The notes beneath the pieces were generated by a model that was not told the origin of the DNA, ran no database searches, and saw nothing but the letters and a program-made list of their open reading frames with translations. A stretch of DNA of 64,000 nt from a virus, in the IMG/VR virus record IMGVR_UViG_3300032087_005124, positions 1,975-65,974 of that record, one strand, 5' to 3'. The first letter of the stretch is position 1; each line of letters begins with the position of its first letter. Of the stretch, positions 1-9,849 are shown in pieces. The position numbers were made by a program, and so were the translations under genes.

Positions 1-1
1 T

Positions 2-496
2 AATAAGCCAATTGTTGATTCAGGGGAATATGTTTGCATATCTCCTTTCACCTCATTAGAATGTAAAAGTTTATCTATTGATCTAATTTTAGCGATAAAA
101 GATTTTTGCGATTCTAAAGGTTTAGAATTAATACAATTATCTAGCGACTCTTGTCCAAAAGTTGATGGAGTAAAGAAATTTAATGGTAATTATTATCAGT
201 CTGTCTTAAAAATGCTTGGATCTAAATTTCTCGTTACTGCTGATACTGGAATGTGTTGGGCAGCCTCAGCTTTTCAGCATAAAACTTTTGGTGTTTATTT
301 TAGAGAATATAATACTATGAAAATGATGCTTCCTTTTTATTCAGATAAAAACAAAAGATCAAATTATATAATTGAACCTATAAGTTGCAAAAATATAGTA
401 CCTAAAAACCCCAATATGAATTATATTGAATACGTCAATCGCAAGGATTTAAACATTGAAAACGTTATAGAAAAATTAAGAAATTATGTTAAGTGA
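2..496 (+). CDS. Glycosyltransferase family 9 (heptosyltransferase-like), C-terminal part; 5' truncated by window edge
   Basis: Frame is open from base 2 (NKPIVDSGEYVCISPFTS...ELIQLS...KFLVTADTGMCWAASAFQHKTFGVY), which matches the GT9/GT-B C-terminal pattern 'fvgxDSGxxHlAaa'; the ORF-track Met at 212 is internal. Confidence 0.6.
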   Translation, partial: NKPIVDSGEYVCISPFTSLECKSLSIDLILAIKDFCDSKGLELIQLSSDSCPKVDGVKKFNGNYYQSVLKMLGSKFLVTADTGMCWAASAFQHKTFGVYFREYNTMKMMLPFYSDKNKRSNYIIEPISCKNIVPKNPNMNYIEYVNRKDLNIENVIEKLRNYVK

Positions 497-1058
497 AACA
501 AGCAAATCGGAACTTCGCAGAGAAAAAGAAGGTTTCTTTAAAAAATACATATCAGGGGAAGGTATTGATATAGGTTGTGGCCGTCTGTATGAATATGGCG
601 AATTAGACAAAATTTACCCATCAGCCTTTCCACATGATAAAGATGATTGTGACGCACATACAATGGAGATTTTTAAAGATGAAAATTTTGACTATGTTTA
701 CGCATCTCATACTTTAGAGCATTTAGAAGATCCAGTTTTGGCAATAAAAAATTGGTACAGGATTTGTAAAACAAATGGGTTTATAATAATAGCAGTTCCA
801 TGTAAATACAAATATGAAAAGAAAAAAGAATTGCCATCTAGGTGGAATCCAGATCATAAAAGATTTTATAATGTAGCTTCTTTAGCTGCTGAGATTTCTG
901 ATGCGTTAGATTGCTACTCTTATAAAATTGAATACATAAAAGATTGCGATGAAGGCTTTGATTGGTCTATAATCCCTTCAGAGCATTCTATCGGAGAGTA
1001 CCAGATAGAATGTGTTATAAGAAAACAAAAAAAACCAAATTGGATTAATTTAGTATGA
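486..1058 (+). CDS. Class I SAM-dependent methyltransferase (Methyltransf_11-like)
   Basis: GIDIGCG motif I; FDYVYASHTLEHL and WYRICKTNGFIIIAVP motifs. Confidence 0.85.
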   Translation: MLSETSKSELRREKEGFFKKYISGEGIDIGCGRLYEYGELDKIYPSAFPHDKDDCDAHTMEIFKDENFDYVYASHTLEHLEDPVLAIKNWYRICKTNGFIIIAVPCKYKYEKKKELPSRWNPDHKRFYNVASLAAEISDALDCYSYKIEYIKDCDEGFDWSIIPSEHSIGEYQIECVIRKQKKPNWINLV

Positions 1059-1771
1059 AAACAATTTTAATTTCTACCATCGTTAGGAATAGAGCAAGCA
1101 AACTTAATAAATGGTATAACCAAATAAAAAATTTAGTATCCCTAGATAATAAAAACGCTTACTATCTTTCTGTCTATGAAAATGATTCTACTGACAATTC
1201 AAAAGAAATGCTAAATAATTTTGATTTTTCTTTTTTAGCAGGAGTAAAAATCCAAAATGAAAAAATTGAAACAGAATATTTTTATCAAGAAAATTTAGAG
1301 TCTAATAGAAAAAAAAGAGTTGAAAATTTAGCTTTAGCTAGAAATAAAACATTATTTGGGATTACTTTTTTAAGTGAATGCTCTCATGTTTTATGTATAG
1401 AACCAGATATTGTCTATGACCCTCAGTCTATAATTAATAATATTATTAATTCAGATTTCGATATTGTTTCGCCTATCAGTAGGCAAGATGGATTTATTTT
1501 ATATGATGGTTGGGCAACAAGAAAAGAGAAAGAAGATGTTTATTGGAATAATAAAATAAATCTAAATGGAGTTTTAGATGTGTGGTCCACGTTTAATTGT
1601 TTATGCTTTTATAAGTCTGACCCATTTAAATTTGGTGTTGGCTTTGGCTTTGAAAACCCAAGAACAAAAAAGTATGATTGCGACACTACGGTAATTTGTG
1701 AAAATTTTAGAAAATTCGGTTATGATAAGATAAAATTAAATTGTAATGTCATTGTAGATCATTTGAGATGA
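1055..1771 (+). CDS. GT-A fold glycosyltransferase (GT2/Anp1-like)
   Basis: ILISTIVRN start, YENDSTD, LALARN, CIEPD (DxD-like), STFNCLCFYK. Confidence 0.7.
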   Translation: MKTILISTIVRNRASKLNKWYNQIKNLVSLDNKNAYYLSVYENDSTDNSKEMLNNFDFSFLAGVKIQNEKIETEYFYQENLESNRKKRVENLALARNKTLFGITFLSECSHVLCIEPDIVYDPQSIINNIINSDFDIVSPISRQDGFILYDGWATRKEKEDVYWNNKINLNGVLDVWSTFNCLCFYKSDPFKFGVGFGFENPRTKKYDCDTTVICENFRKFGYDKIKLNCNVIVDHLR

Positions 1772-2937
1772 GTAAACTACCACTTAACATAAATAATTTT
1801 TCATTTATTGATAAGCTTAAAATTTGTCAATTTATACTTAATAATAAAAATAGATGGACTCAAGGCGAACAAGTAAAACAATTTGAAAAGAAATTTGCAA
1901 AATATGCTGGCAGCAAATACGCTGTCTTTGTATCAAGTGGGTCTACTGCTAATGAGTTAATAGCCCAATATGTAAAGGAAACGTGTGGCTCTAGAGATTT
2001 AGTGATTCTTCCTTCTACAACTTGGCAAACCTCTTGTTCTCCTTGGATTAAAAATGGCTTTAAACCTCACTTTATTGATATTTCTTTAGAGGATTTCTCT
2101 TTAGATAAAGATAAATTAATTTCTTTTGTTGAAGCTAATTCAAATCGTATTGCTTGTATTTTTCCAACTTCTCTTATTGGATTTAGTCCAAATATGGACT
2201 TTTATAAAAAGCTACAAAAGGATTATGGTTTAAAAATTTGCTTTGACAATTGCGAGAATACTTTTGGTAGCTTTGATGGTAAAAATGTTTCTTCATTTTT
2301 CACATCTTCAACTTCAACTTATTTTGGACATCAAATTCAATCAATAGAAGGGGGATTTATTTTTACAAACTCTGAAGATGAATACAGATACTATTTAATT
2401 AATAGAAATCACGGCATGGTTAGAAGCTTGGATTTTTATGCATTGAATTATAGTGATATTCAAAATAAATTAGTCGATCCTCTTTTTGATTTTTATTCTT
2501 TTGGAAGCAATTACAGAAACACCGATTTAAATGCCTATATAGGTCAGTTAGACTTTAAAAGAGTAGACATTTATAAAAAATCTAGAAATAAATTTTACTC
2601 TTTGTTGAAGTCTGAATTAGATGAGTCTAAGTTTTTTTTACCAAAAAACAGAGCAAAATCTGTAGATTGTGCTTTTTGTTTCCCAATAATTTTTAAAAAT
2701 AATGATAGAGATAATATAAATATAGCAAAACAAATTTGTGACGACCTAGAAATTGAGTATAGGCCAATTATTTCAGGTTTTTTAGGTTATCAAACTTGCT
2801 ATAAAAAATATTTTGAGTCTTTTTTAGAGTATGAAAATTCCATAAAACTACATCGTGATGGATTTTACATAGGTTTATACCATAATATGAATTATAATTT
2901 AGCAAAATCTTTTGTAAAAAAAGTAAACATGATTTAA
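1768..2937 (+). CDS. DegT/DnrJ/EryC1/StrS-family PLP enzyme, ColD/E1-like sugar 3-dehydratase
   Basis: FEKKFAKY, VFVSSGSTAN, DNCE, and STYFGHQIQSIEGG with His at the position of the usual Schiff-base Lys; adjacent to gmd. Confidence 0.8.
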   Translation: MSKLPLNINNFSFIDKLKICQFILNNKNRWTQGEQVKQFEKKFAKYAGSKYAVFVSSGSTANELIAQYVKETCGSRDLVILPSTTWQTSCSPWIKNGFKPHFIDISLEDFSLDKDKLISFVEANSNRIACIFPTSLIGFSPNMDFYKKLQKDYGLKICFDNCENTFGSFDGKNVSSFFTSSTSTYFGHQIQSIEGGFIFTNSEDEYRYYLINRNHGMVRSLDFYALNYSDIQNKLVDPLFDFYSFGSNYRNTDLNAYIGQLDFKRVDIYKKSRNKFYSLLKSELDESKFFLPKNRAKSVDCAFCFPIIFKNNDRDNINIAKQICDDLEIEYRPIISGFLGYQTCYKKYFESFLEYENSIKLHRDGFYIGLYHNMNYNLAKSFVKKVNMI

Positions 2938-2938
2938 A

Positions 2939-4006
2939 ATGAAAAAAGTAATAGTTACAGGAGTTACAGGCCAAGATGGTAGTAATATGGTTGATTATCT
3001 CTTGAGAGAGACTGATCACATTATAATTGGCGGAGTAAGAAGGCTTAGTGTTAAAAATCATCAGAATATTGAACACTTAGAAAATGAAGATAGATTTTTC
3101 TTAATTGACTTAGATGTAACTGATGCTCAAAATACTGACGAGGTTATAGCTGAACATAAGCCAGATTATTTTATTAATTTTGCCGCTAATTCTTTTGTTG
3201 GTACAAGTTGGAAAATGCCAACTCAACACATGGAGACGAATGCTTTAGCTGTACTGCATCAACTTGAAGCTATAAAAAAACATTGTCTTGATTGCAGATA
3301 TTACAATGCAGGATCTTCTGAAGAGTTTGGAGACGTAATCTGCACACCTCAAAGTGAACTACATCCATTAAGACCCCGTAGTCCATATGGAGCTTCCAAA
3401 TGTTCAGCTAGACATTTAGTAAAAGTTTACAGAGACTCTTATGACCTATACGCTATTCAAGGCTGGCTTTTCAATCACGAAGGAACTAGAAGAGGTGAAG
3501 AATTTGTGACTAGAAAAATAACTAAAAATGTTGCTCGCATTTCTTTTGAGTACTCTAAAGAAAAAACCTTTAAACCTTTAGTTCTTGGGAATGTTGACTC
3601 AAAGAGAGATTGGAGCGATTCTGAAGATTTCATGGACGGTATATGGAGAATGCTAAATCAAGATAATTTTGATTCTTATATAGACAATAATTACAAGCCA
3701 AAAGAGTATGTTCTTTCTTCTGATGAAACTCATACAATAAGAGAGTTTGTTGAAGAGGCTTTTCATATAGCTGGCTTTCATAGATCGATGTGTCGCTGGG
3801 AAGGCAAGGGAGTACATGAGAAATATTATCATGGAGATGATCTACTTGTAGAAATTAGCGATAAATTTTATAGACCCGCTGAAGTTGATTTACTTTATGG
3901 TGATTCTTCTAGAGCGAGAAGAGATTTAGAATGGAACCCTAAAACAGATTTTACAGGTTTAGTGACTAAAATGGTTAAACATGATTTAGAGCTTGCAAAA
4001 TCTTAA
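2939..4006 (+). CDS. gmd: GDP-mannose 4,6-dehydratase
   Basis: TGVTGQDGS, NFAANSFVG, YNAGSSEEFG, PRSPYGASK, FNHEG, RRGEEFVTRKI, LGNVDSKRDW, RPAEVDLLYGD. Confidence 0.95.
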   Translation: MKKVIVTGVTGQDGSNMVDYLLRETDHIIIGGVRRLSVKNHQNIEHLENEDRFFLIDLDVTDAQNTDEVIAEHKPDYFINFAANSFVGTSWKMPTQHMETNALAVLHQLEAIKKHCLDCRYYNAGSSEEFGDVICTPQSELHPLRPRSPYGASKCSARHLVKVYRDSYDLYAIQGWLFNHEGTRRGEEFVTRKITKNVARISFEYSKEKTFKPLVLGNVDSKRDWSDSEDFMDGIWRMLNQDNFDSYIDNNYKPKEYVLSSDETHTIREFVEEAFHIAGFHRSMCRWEGKGVHEKYYHGDDLLVEISDKFYRPAEVDLLYGDSSRARRDLEWNPKTDFTGLVTKMVKHDLELAKS

Positions 4007-4021
4007 AATTAGTTATATCCT
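3993..4021 (+). promoter_or_regulatory. Possible sigma70-like promoter TTGCAA-17-TATCCT
   Basis: Hexamers read at 3993-3998 and 4016-4021; ATG at 4027 lies 5 nt downstream. Confidence 0.35.
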
Positions 4022-4026
4022 CTGGC

Positions 4027-4488
4027 ATGCCTAGAGGTTATAAACTTTGTCCAAAATGTGGTGATAATATTCCATCATTTTCAAAAAAATGTAAATGTGG
4101 AGAGATTTTTTCTAGCAAAAAGAGGATAAAAAAACCTGTAAATGAAGGTCATAAAAGGCTGGTAGATTTTATCTCTAGAAATCTCCCAAATAAGTTATCT
4201 TCAAAAGAAATGTCTAGAGAAATTCACGTAGCAAAAATTATGCTAAAAACTTGCTATGATGATTATGATTTCTTAGCTAAGTATAAAATACCTAGTTGGG
4301 TAAAAAAAAGAAATACTTTGCTTTGGTTTAAAACTAAAGATGGCAAAAAGTATTTAAACTCTAAATATAATGAATATTTATTTCAACCTGAAGTAAAAGA
4401 AGATATTTTTGTTGACGAGGGGGAAATTAAGGGTGAGAATGTAGAATATAAGAAGAAAAAGAGTTTAAGAGAATTTTTAGATGAGTAA
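4027..4488 (+). CDS. Hypothetical protein with N-terminal zinc ribbon
   Basis: CPKC...CKC motif; basic protein heading the replication operon. Confidence 0.6.
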   Translation: MPRGYKLCPKCGDNIPSFSKKCKCGEIFSSKKRIKKPVNEGHKRLVDFISRNLPNKLSSKEMSREIHVAKIMLKTCYDDYDFLAKYKIPSWVKKRNTLLWFKTKDGKKYLNSKYNEYLFQPEVKEDIFVDEGEIKGENVEYKKKKSLREFLDE

Positions 4489-5608
4489 GAAAAAAGATAA
4501 AGGTAAAAGTGCTAGTGATTTTTCTAGCGAGTATTTTAAGTCAAACAAAGACGATCATTATAATTTCGCGAAAGCCGCAGAAGAGTATTTAGTTTCGAGT
4601 GGATCTATGTATATGGATCACGTTCTTGGTGGTGGATTTGGTGCAGGTCTACATAGATTTACAGGAGCAAACGAAGGTGGTAAAACTAACGCTGCATTAC
4701 ATGTAATGTTTAACATGTTAAAAAGCGTAAATAAAGCTAAAGGTCTTTTTATAAAAGCAGAAGGTAGATTAAGTAAAGAAATAAAAGAGAGGTCTGGTCT
4801 TAAGTTCGTCTATGATCCAGCAAAATGGGTGAGCGGAACATGTTTAGTTTTTGAATGTAATGTTTTTGATACTGTAATAGATTATCTAAGAGGTCTTCTT
4901 CAGAATAATAGTGAAGATGAAAGGTTTTGTATAATTATAGATAGTATGGATGGAATGATAGCCAAAGATGACTTAGATAAAAGCACTCATGAGGCTAGAA
5001 AAGTTGCGGCAGGAGCTTTAATTACGTCAGATTTTTTAAAGAGGGTCAGTCTCGGAATGTCAAAGTTTGGACATATGTGTATTATGATATCTCAAGTGAG
5101 GTCAGCCATCAAAGCTAGTCAATATACAAAAAGCGATCCCAATAATCAAACTAACAGTAGTGGTGGTAATGCTATTTTGCATTATCCAGATTGGATTTTA
5201 GAATTTAAAAAAAGAAAACAAGCTGATCTTTTCTTACAAGACTCAGGAGCAACATTAAGTCTTACAAATAAACCAATAGGTCATATAGCAACAGTTCAAA
5301 TACTAAAATCTACAAATGAAACTACAGGTCAAACAGTTCAATATCCTATAAAGTATGGGAGAACAAACGGGCGGTCTATATGGGTAGAAAAAGAGGTTAT
5401 AGATATGCTTCTTATGTGGTCTTATTTGCAAAAGAGAAGTTCTTGGATTACAGTTGATTCAACTTTACTTGAACACTGCAAATCTAATAAACTAGATATG
5501 CCTGAAAAATTCCAAGGTACAAATAAAATTTTAGAGAGTCTTGAGGAGAATCCTCAAATTAAAGATATCTTAAAAGATTTTGTACAGAAAGAAATAATGG
5601 CCCAATGA
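4481..5608 (+). CDS. recA: RecA/UvsX-family recombinase
   Basis: Walker A GANEGGKT, IIIDSMD Walker B, ISQVR, SSGGNAILHYPDW, PIKYGR. Confidence 0.9.
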   Translation: MSKKKDKGKSASDFSSEYFKSNKDDHYNFAKAAEEYLVSSGSMYMDHVLGGGFGAGLHRFTGANEGGKTNAALHVMFNMLKSVNKAKGLFIKAEGRLSKEIKERSGLKFVYDPAKWVSGTCLVFECNVFDTVIDYLRGLLQNNSEDERFCIIIDSMDGMIAKDDLDKSTHEARKVAAGALITSDFLKRVSLGMSKFGHMCIMISQVRSAIKASQYTKSDPNNQTNSSGGNAILHYPDWILEFKKRKQADLFLQDSGATLSLTNKPIGHIATVQILKSTNETTGQTVQYPIKYGRTNGRSIWVEKEVIDMLLMWSYLQKRSSWITVDSTLLEHCKSNKLDMPEKFQGTNKILESLEENPQIKDILKDFVQKEIMAQ

Positions 5609-6018
5609 TTTTCCTTTGCACAAATGGCAGAAAGAAAAAAATAGCAAACTCAGTAAAATATCTAATAAACTGGGATGCTGATTGTAAAAGCGGCATTCAA
5701 AAAACAGTAAAAAATGTTTTATACGATAATTGGTTTGCTGATGTAGTCTTTGAAGAATTTCCAGTTGCAGGTACTAGGTTGACTTTTGATTTTTTTAACG
5801 CTACAAGAAATATAGCAGTTGAAGTTGATGGAAATCAGCATTATAAGTATAACAAATTTTTTCACTCTAATTCTAGGCAAAACTTTTTGTCCCAACTCCA
5901 AAGAGATGAAAAAAAAGAATACTTTTGTGAAATTAATAACATAGAACTTATTAGGATATTAGAGTCTGAAATAGTTGAAGGCAAATTCCCTAATAAAACT
6001 TTTTTAAATAGTATATAA
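5605..6018 (+). CDS. Vsr/DUF559-like PD-(D/E)xK endonuclease
   Basis: EEFPV...TFDFF...IAVEVDGNQH...RDEKKEYFC...LIRI pattern. Confidence 0.75.
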   Translation: MIFLCTNGRKKKIANSVKYLINWDADCKSGIQKTVKNVLYDNWFADVVFEEFPVAGTRLTFDFFNATRNIAVEVDGNQHYKYNKFFHSNSRQNFLSQLQRDEKKEYFCEINNIELIRILESEIVEGKFPNKTFLNSI

Positions 6019-6019
6019 T

Positions 6020-6244
6020 ATGTCTCTTGTTGAAGAAGAAAGCGCGTTACCACAATCTCTACTACAAAAACTTTATGATTCAACAGGGTCATCTACAGGA
6101 GGTAATAAAGGCTTTTTGCTTGTTTATGTAAACTCTGAAGGTGAGCCTGTTATAAGCGGTAAAACAGAAAATTCTTGTGTAGAAATGGCTTTGACAAAGC
6201 TGTTAGAATTAAGCCTTAAAAATGATGAAAGTTTAAGTAGATGA
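6020..6244 (+). CDS. Hypothetical protein
   Basis: Coupled ORF within the replication operon. Confidence 0.6.
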   Translation: MSLVEEESALPQSLLQKLYDSTGSSTGGNKGFLLVYVNSEGEPVISGKTENSCVEMALTKLLELSLKNDESLSR

Positions 6245-7776
6245 TTAGCTCCCAAAGTTTAGAGAAAAATGTTTTAAGTTGCATACTCCAACACCAACAT
6301 AAGTGGGAGGAGGTGGCCACTTATCTGAATGAAGATGATTTTTATAGTGAAGACTCTAAAGTTAATTGTTCTATATTTAAGTTGTTGAAACATTCTCTAG
6401 ATAGTGCAGAAAGAATAGATGAGCATATACTAATAGAAAGATTAAAATCTTTAGGTGTTTCTTTTCCTGATAGCATTGATGTAAGTGAATACATCAGACA
6501 AATGGCATTTATACCAATCTCTGAAGATTTGCTATTGCCTAATGTAAAAGAGTTAAAAAAATATTCGGCAAGAAGGCATATATATAATGCTTGTGTAAAA
6601 GTGAGCAAGTATGTCAAAAATATAGATCCTAATTTTAAATACTCAGAGATTATAGATCAGTGTGATAAAATTTATAATACTGAGCTTCAAAATTTTGAGG
6701 GTGGAGAAACTGAAACCCAAAACTTGTTTGAGTTAATGGTTCCTGTTATTGAGGAACGTGGAGAAAACCCAAAGCAAGAGTTTGGAATGATGGGTCCACA
6801 TAAAAGAATAAATGAGATATATGGGTCTTTGCTTCTAGCAGGAAATATTTCAGTCATAGTGGCGAGATCAGGTGTTGGTAAAACTAATTTCTGCATGGAT
6901 TTTACCACTAAAGTTTCCAAGCAATATAATGTTCCTGTAGTTCATTTTGACAATGGAGAGATGAGTGAAGAAGAGTTGATCTTTAGGCAAGCTTCAGCAT
7001 TGACAGGATTGCCTATTTGGCTTTTTCAAACTGGTGATTGGAGAAGTCATTCATACAATGGCGTACCTGCTGAAGAGATAACAAAAAAAGTCAGAGACAC
7101 TCTTGATGAAGTTAAGAATATGAAATTCTACTATGAGAACGTTGCAGGAATGACCCCTGATGAAATGTGTTCTTTATTAAAGAGATTGTACTATACAAAA
7201 GTTGGAAGAGGTAATCCTATGATTTTTAGTTTTGACTACATCAAAAGCGACTTCTCTAAGATGGGAGATAGTCCATGGCAACAAGTTTCTTACATGGTAC
7301 ATAGGTTCAAGCAAGCAATACATAGAGAATTATGTTTTGAAGGCAATCCTTGTGTATCTATGATTACTTCCGTTCAAGCAAATAGATTTGGAATTACAAA
7401 TAACAGGGGTGCTGATACTATAGTTGATGATGAGAGTGTCGTCTCTCTTTCTGATGGTATTACGCAATTTTGCTCTCACTTATTTCTTCTTCGCAAAAAA
7501 GTTGTCGAGGAAATGAACCAAGATGGAGCTGATAGAGGAACTCATAAATTAATAAATTTAAAATCAAGACATTTAGGTAAAAATCCACTCAGAGCAATCA
7601 ATGATGTTGAAATGCTTGATGGTTCTAAGCAAAGAAACTATATAAATTTAGAGTTTAGAAATTTTGCTGTTAAAGAGAAGGGTGATCTGCAAGACATTGT
7701 TGACGCACAATCAGGGGCTAATGTAAACGTCGTTACAAATAACGGAGAAGAAGTTCCAATGACATTAAGGGAGTAA
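6241..7776 (+). CDS. dnaB: Replicative DNA helicase, DnaB family
   Basis: N-terminal 'EKNVLSCIL' domain, Walker A ARSGVGKT, NGEMSEEEL, FDYIK, SVQANR, SDGITQFCS. Confidence 0.9.
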   Translation: MISSQSLEKNVLSCILQHQHKWEEVATYLNEDDFYSEDSKVNCSIFKLLKHSLDSAERIDEHILIERLKSLGVSFPDSIDVSEYIRQMAFIPISEDLLLPNVKELKKYSARRHIYNACVKVSKYVKNIDPNFKYSEIIDQCDKIYNTELQNFEGGETETQNLFELMVPVIEERGENPKQEFGMMGPHKRINEIYGSLLLAGNISVIVARSGVGKTNFCMDFTTKVSKQYNVPVVHFDNGEMSEEELIFRQASALTGLPIWLFQTGDWRSHSYNGVPAEEITKKVRDTLDEVKNMKFYYENVAGMTPDEMCSLLKRLYYTKVGRGNPMIFSFDYIKSDFSKMGDSPWQQVSYMVHRFKQAIHRELCFEGNPCVSMITSVQANRFGITNNRGADTIVDDESVVSLSDGITQFCSHLFLLRKKVVEEMNQDGADRGTHKLINLKSRHLGKNPLRAINDVEMLDGSKQRNYINLEFRNFAVKEKGDLQDIVDAQSGANVNVVTNNGEEVPMTLRE

Positions 7777-8813
7777 TGAGTTATAAAGACATATTAGAAA
7801 ACTTAGGCTACAAACTCAGTGACCATGGAAGTTACTGGAGAACTAATGCTTTGTATAGATCTGGTGATAATACTACAGCTTTGCAAATTTATAAGGATTC
7901 TGGAGTTTGGAAAGACTATGTTGAGGATAGTATGTTTCTACCATTTGAAGCTCTTGTTCAAAAAACAACAAAAACATCTAATGTAAAATCTATCTTAAAA
8001 GACTTAAAAACAACAAGCTTAAGTGTAAAAACTGAGAAAAACCTATTGAAAGAAGAAAAAACATATGACCCTATCTGTCTTAAAAGGCTGCTCCCTCATT
8101 ATGATTTTTATTTAAATAAAAATATCTCAAAACAGACACTTTTAGATTTTAAATGCGGATTAGCTCATTCTGGACCTATGTACCAAAGAATAGTTTTTCC
8201 AATATTTAGAGATGATAAAAGAATTCATGGGTTCTCTGGCAGGAAAATAACCAATGACGATAGGCCAAAATGGTTACACAAGGGCAAAACTGCAAATTGG
8301 TTTTATCCTTATTTTACTATTAATGAAGTTGAGGAACAAATAAATCTAAAAAAACAAGTTCATATAGTAGAGTCTATAGGAGATTGCATGGCTCTTTATA
8401 ATTGTGGTATAAAAAACGTTTTAGTTTCTTTTGGTTTGAATATGTCTCCTAAATTTATTGCAAGATTGGCAGCTTTAAATTTACAAAACATTTATATCTC
8501 TTATAATAATGATAGTGATTCAGAAAGGAACAGGGGTTTTGAAGGTGCAGTTAAATCCATCTTTAAACTTTCAGATGCTGTAGATTTTGACAGGATTTAT
8601 TTCTGTCCTCCTGACAGCAATGATTTTGGAGATATGACAAAAGAGCAAATATATTTTTACGAGGATAGGTGTTTTTCTGCCGATCATCAAACCTCTATGC
8701 ATAAAGTTATATCAATCGCAGAAGAGATGGATAAGAAAGGGATAAATAAATCTTTTTCTCAGTCTCTAAAGAAACTGAAGAAAAAATATAAATTTTATTA
8801 TGGGCGACTATGA
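7776..8813 (+). CDS. dnaG: DNA primase, DnaG/TOPRIM type
   Basis: RIVFPIF...IHGFSGR, IVESIGDCMAL TOPRIM motif, YNND and NDFGDM; follows the helicase. Confidence 0.85.
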   Translation: MSYKDILENLGYKLSDHGSYWRTNALYRSGDNTTALQIYKDSGVWKDYVEDSMFLPFEALVQKTTKTSNVKSILKDLKTTSLSVKTEKNLLKEEKTYDPICLKRLLPHYDFYLNKNISKQTLLDFKCGLAHSGPMYQRIVFPIFRDDKRIHGFSGRKITNDDRPKWLHKGKTANWFYPYFTINEVEEQINLKKQVHIVESIGDCMALYNCGIKNVLVSFGLNMSPKFIARLAALNLQNIYISYNNDSDSERNRGFEGAVKSIFKLSDAVDFDRIYFCPPDSNDFGDMTKEQIYFYEDRCFSADHQTSMHKVISIAEEMDKKGINKSFSQSLKKLKKKYKFYYGRL

Positions 8814-9840
8814 AAACAAACCGTTATCAGCGTCTAGAATAAAAACATTACAAACTTGTTCTTGGCAATACTGGTGCAAATATCACTTAAAACTTCCTGA
8901 TAGATCAAACGAAGGAAGTCTGCGAGGCACTATATGTCATGCCATCTTTGAAAATCTTGGCAACCCAAGACATAAAAAACACTATACAAGAATAATCAAA
9001 ACTCAAAACACTTACGCTTCTCCACCTATCAAAAGAATGGTTGAAGCTTATGCTAAAAAACATGGCATAGACGATTTTGAGAATATGGACCTTATTAACA
9101 GAATGACAGTTGAAGGGTTGAATTGTGATTTTTTTGGTTCTAAAGATGGCAAACCTACAGAATCAATAAGTGAAAAAGACTTTGATATCTCTATAACAGA
9201 GGATGATAAAAACTACAGAATACTTGGGTTTATAGATAAATTATTTCTTTTTAAGAAAAAACGCTTAGCAATAATCCGAGATTTTAAAACATCTAAACAA
9301 ATGTTTTCTGGCAAAGATTATACAGACAACATTCAAAACTTGATGTACTGCTTGGCTGTTAAACACCTTTATCCAGACTTTCTTAAAAGACAGATGGAGT
9401 TTTTGTTTTTAAAGTTTGATTGCAATAACGAAGGTATGATGAGGATGGAAAACTTAAATGAGGAGGAGCTAGAAGGGTTTGAATATTTTCTTACAGAGGT
9501 TCAAGAAATTATTAATAATTTTAATTCAGATTCTGCGACTAAAAATTTAGCATACAATAAAGGTTATCTAGGTAGAGATGATGGCTTTGCTGGTAGAGTT
9601 GTCTGCGGCAGAGCAGATTATGCAGGTCAATTAAAAAAGGATGGAACTTTAATGTGGCATTGCCCTTTTAAGTTCCCAAAGAAGTTTTATGTGCTTAAAG
9701 ATAAAGATGGGGAGGTGATATCTTCATCTGAGGATAAAAATGTATTGCAAGAGAAAAAGACAGATGAGCAGGATATAGAAATGAGAAATTATGATGGTTG
9801 TCCTGCTTTTTCTTTTGACAACACTGATGACTTACTTTAA
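8800..9840 (+). CDS. PD-(D/E)xK exonuclease, Cas4/RecB/AddB-like
   Basis: LSASRIKTLQTC, GFIDKL, IRDFKTS, QNLMY; four spaced Cys compatible with an Fe-S staple. Confidence 0.85.
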   Translation: MGDYENKPLSASRIKTLQTCSWQYWCKYHLKLPDRSNEGSLRGTICHAIFENLGNPRHKKHYTRIIKTQNTYASPPIKRMVEAYAKKHGIDDFENMDLINRMTVEGLNCDFFGSKDGKPTESISEKDFDISITEDDKNYRILGFIDKLFLFKKKRLAIIRDFKTSKQMFSGKDYTDNIQNLMYCLAVKHLYPDFLKRQMEFLFLKFDCNNEGMMRMENLNEEELEGFEYFLTEVQEIINNFNSDSATKNLAYNKGYLGRDDGFAGRVVCGRADYAGQLKKDGTLMWHCPFKFPKKFYVLKDKDGEVISSSEDKNVLQEKKTDEQDIEMRNYDGCPAFSFDNTDDLL

Positions 9841-9849
9841 CATTTAAAA

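Noticed and set aside
8800-9840. Cas4-like nuclease as evidence of a CRISPR-Cas locus
   Set aside because: No other cas genes or repeat-spacer array; it sits in a replication/recombination operon where such exonucleases are common
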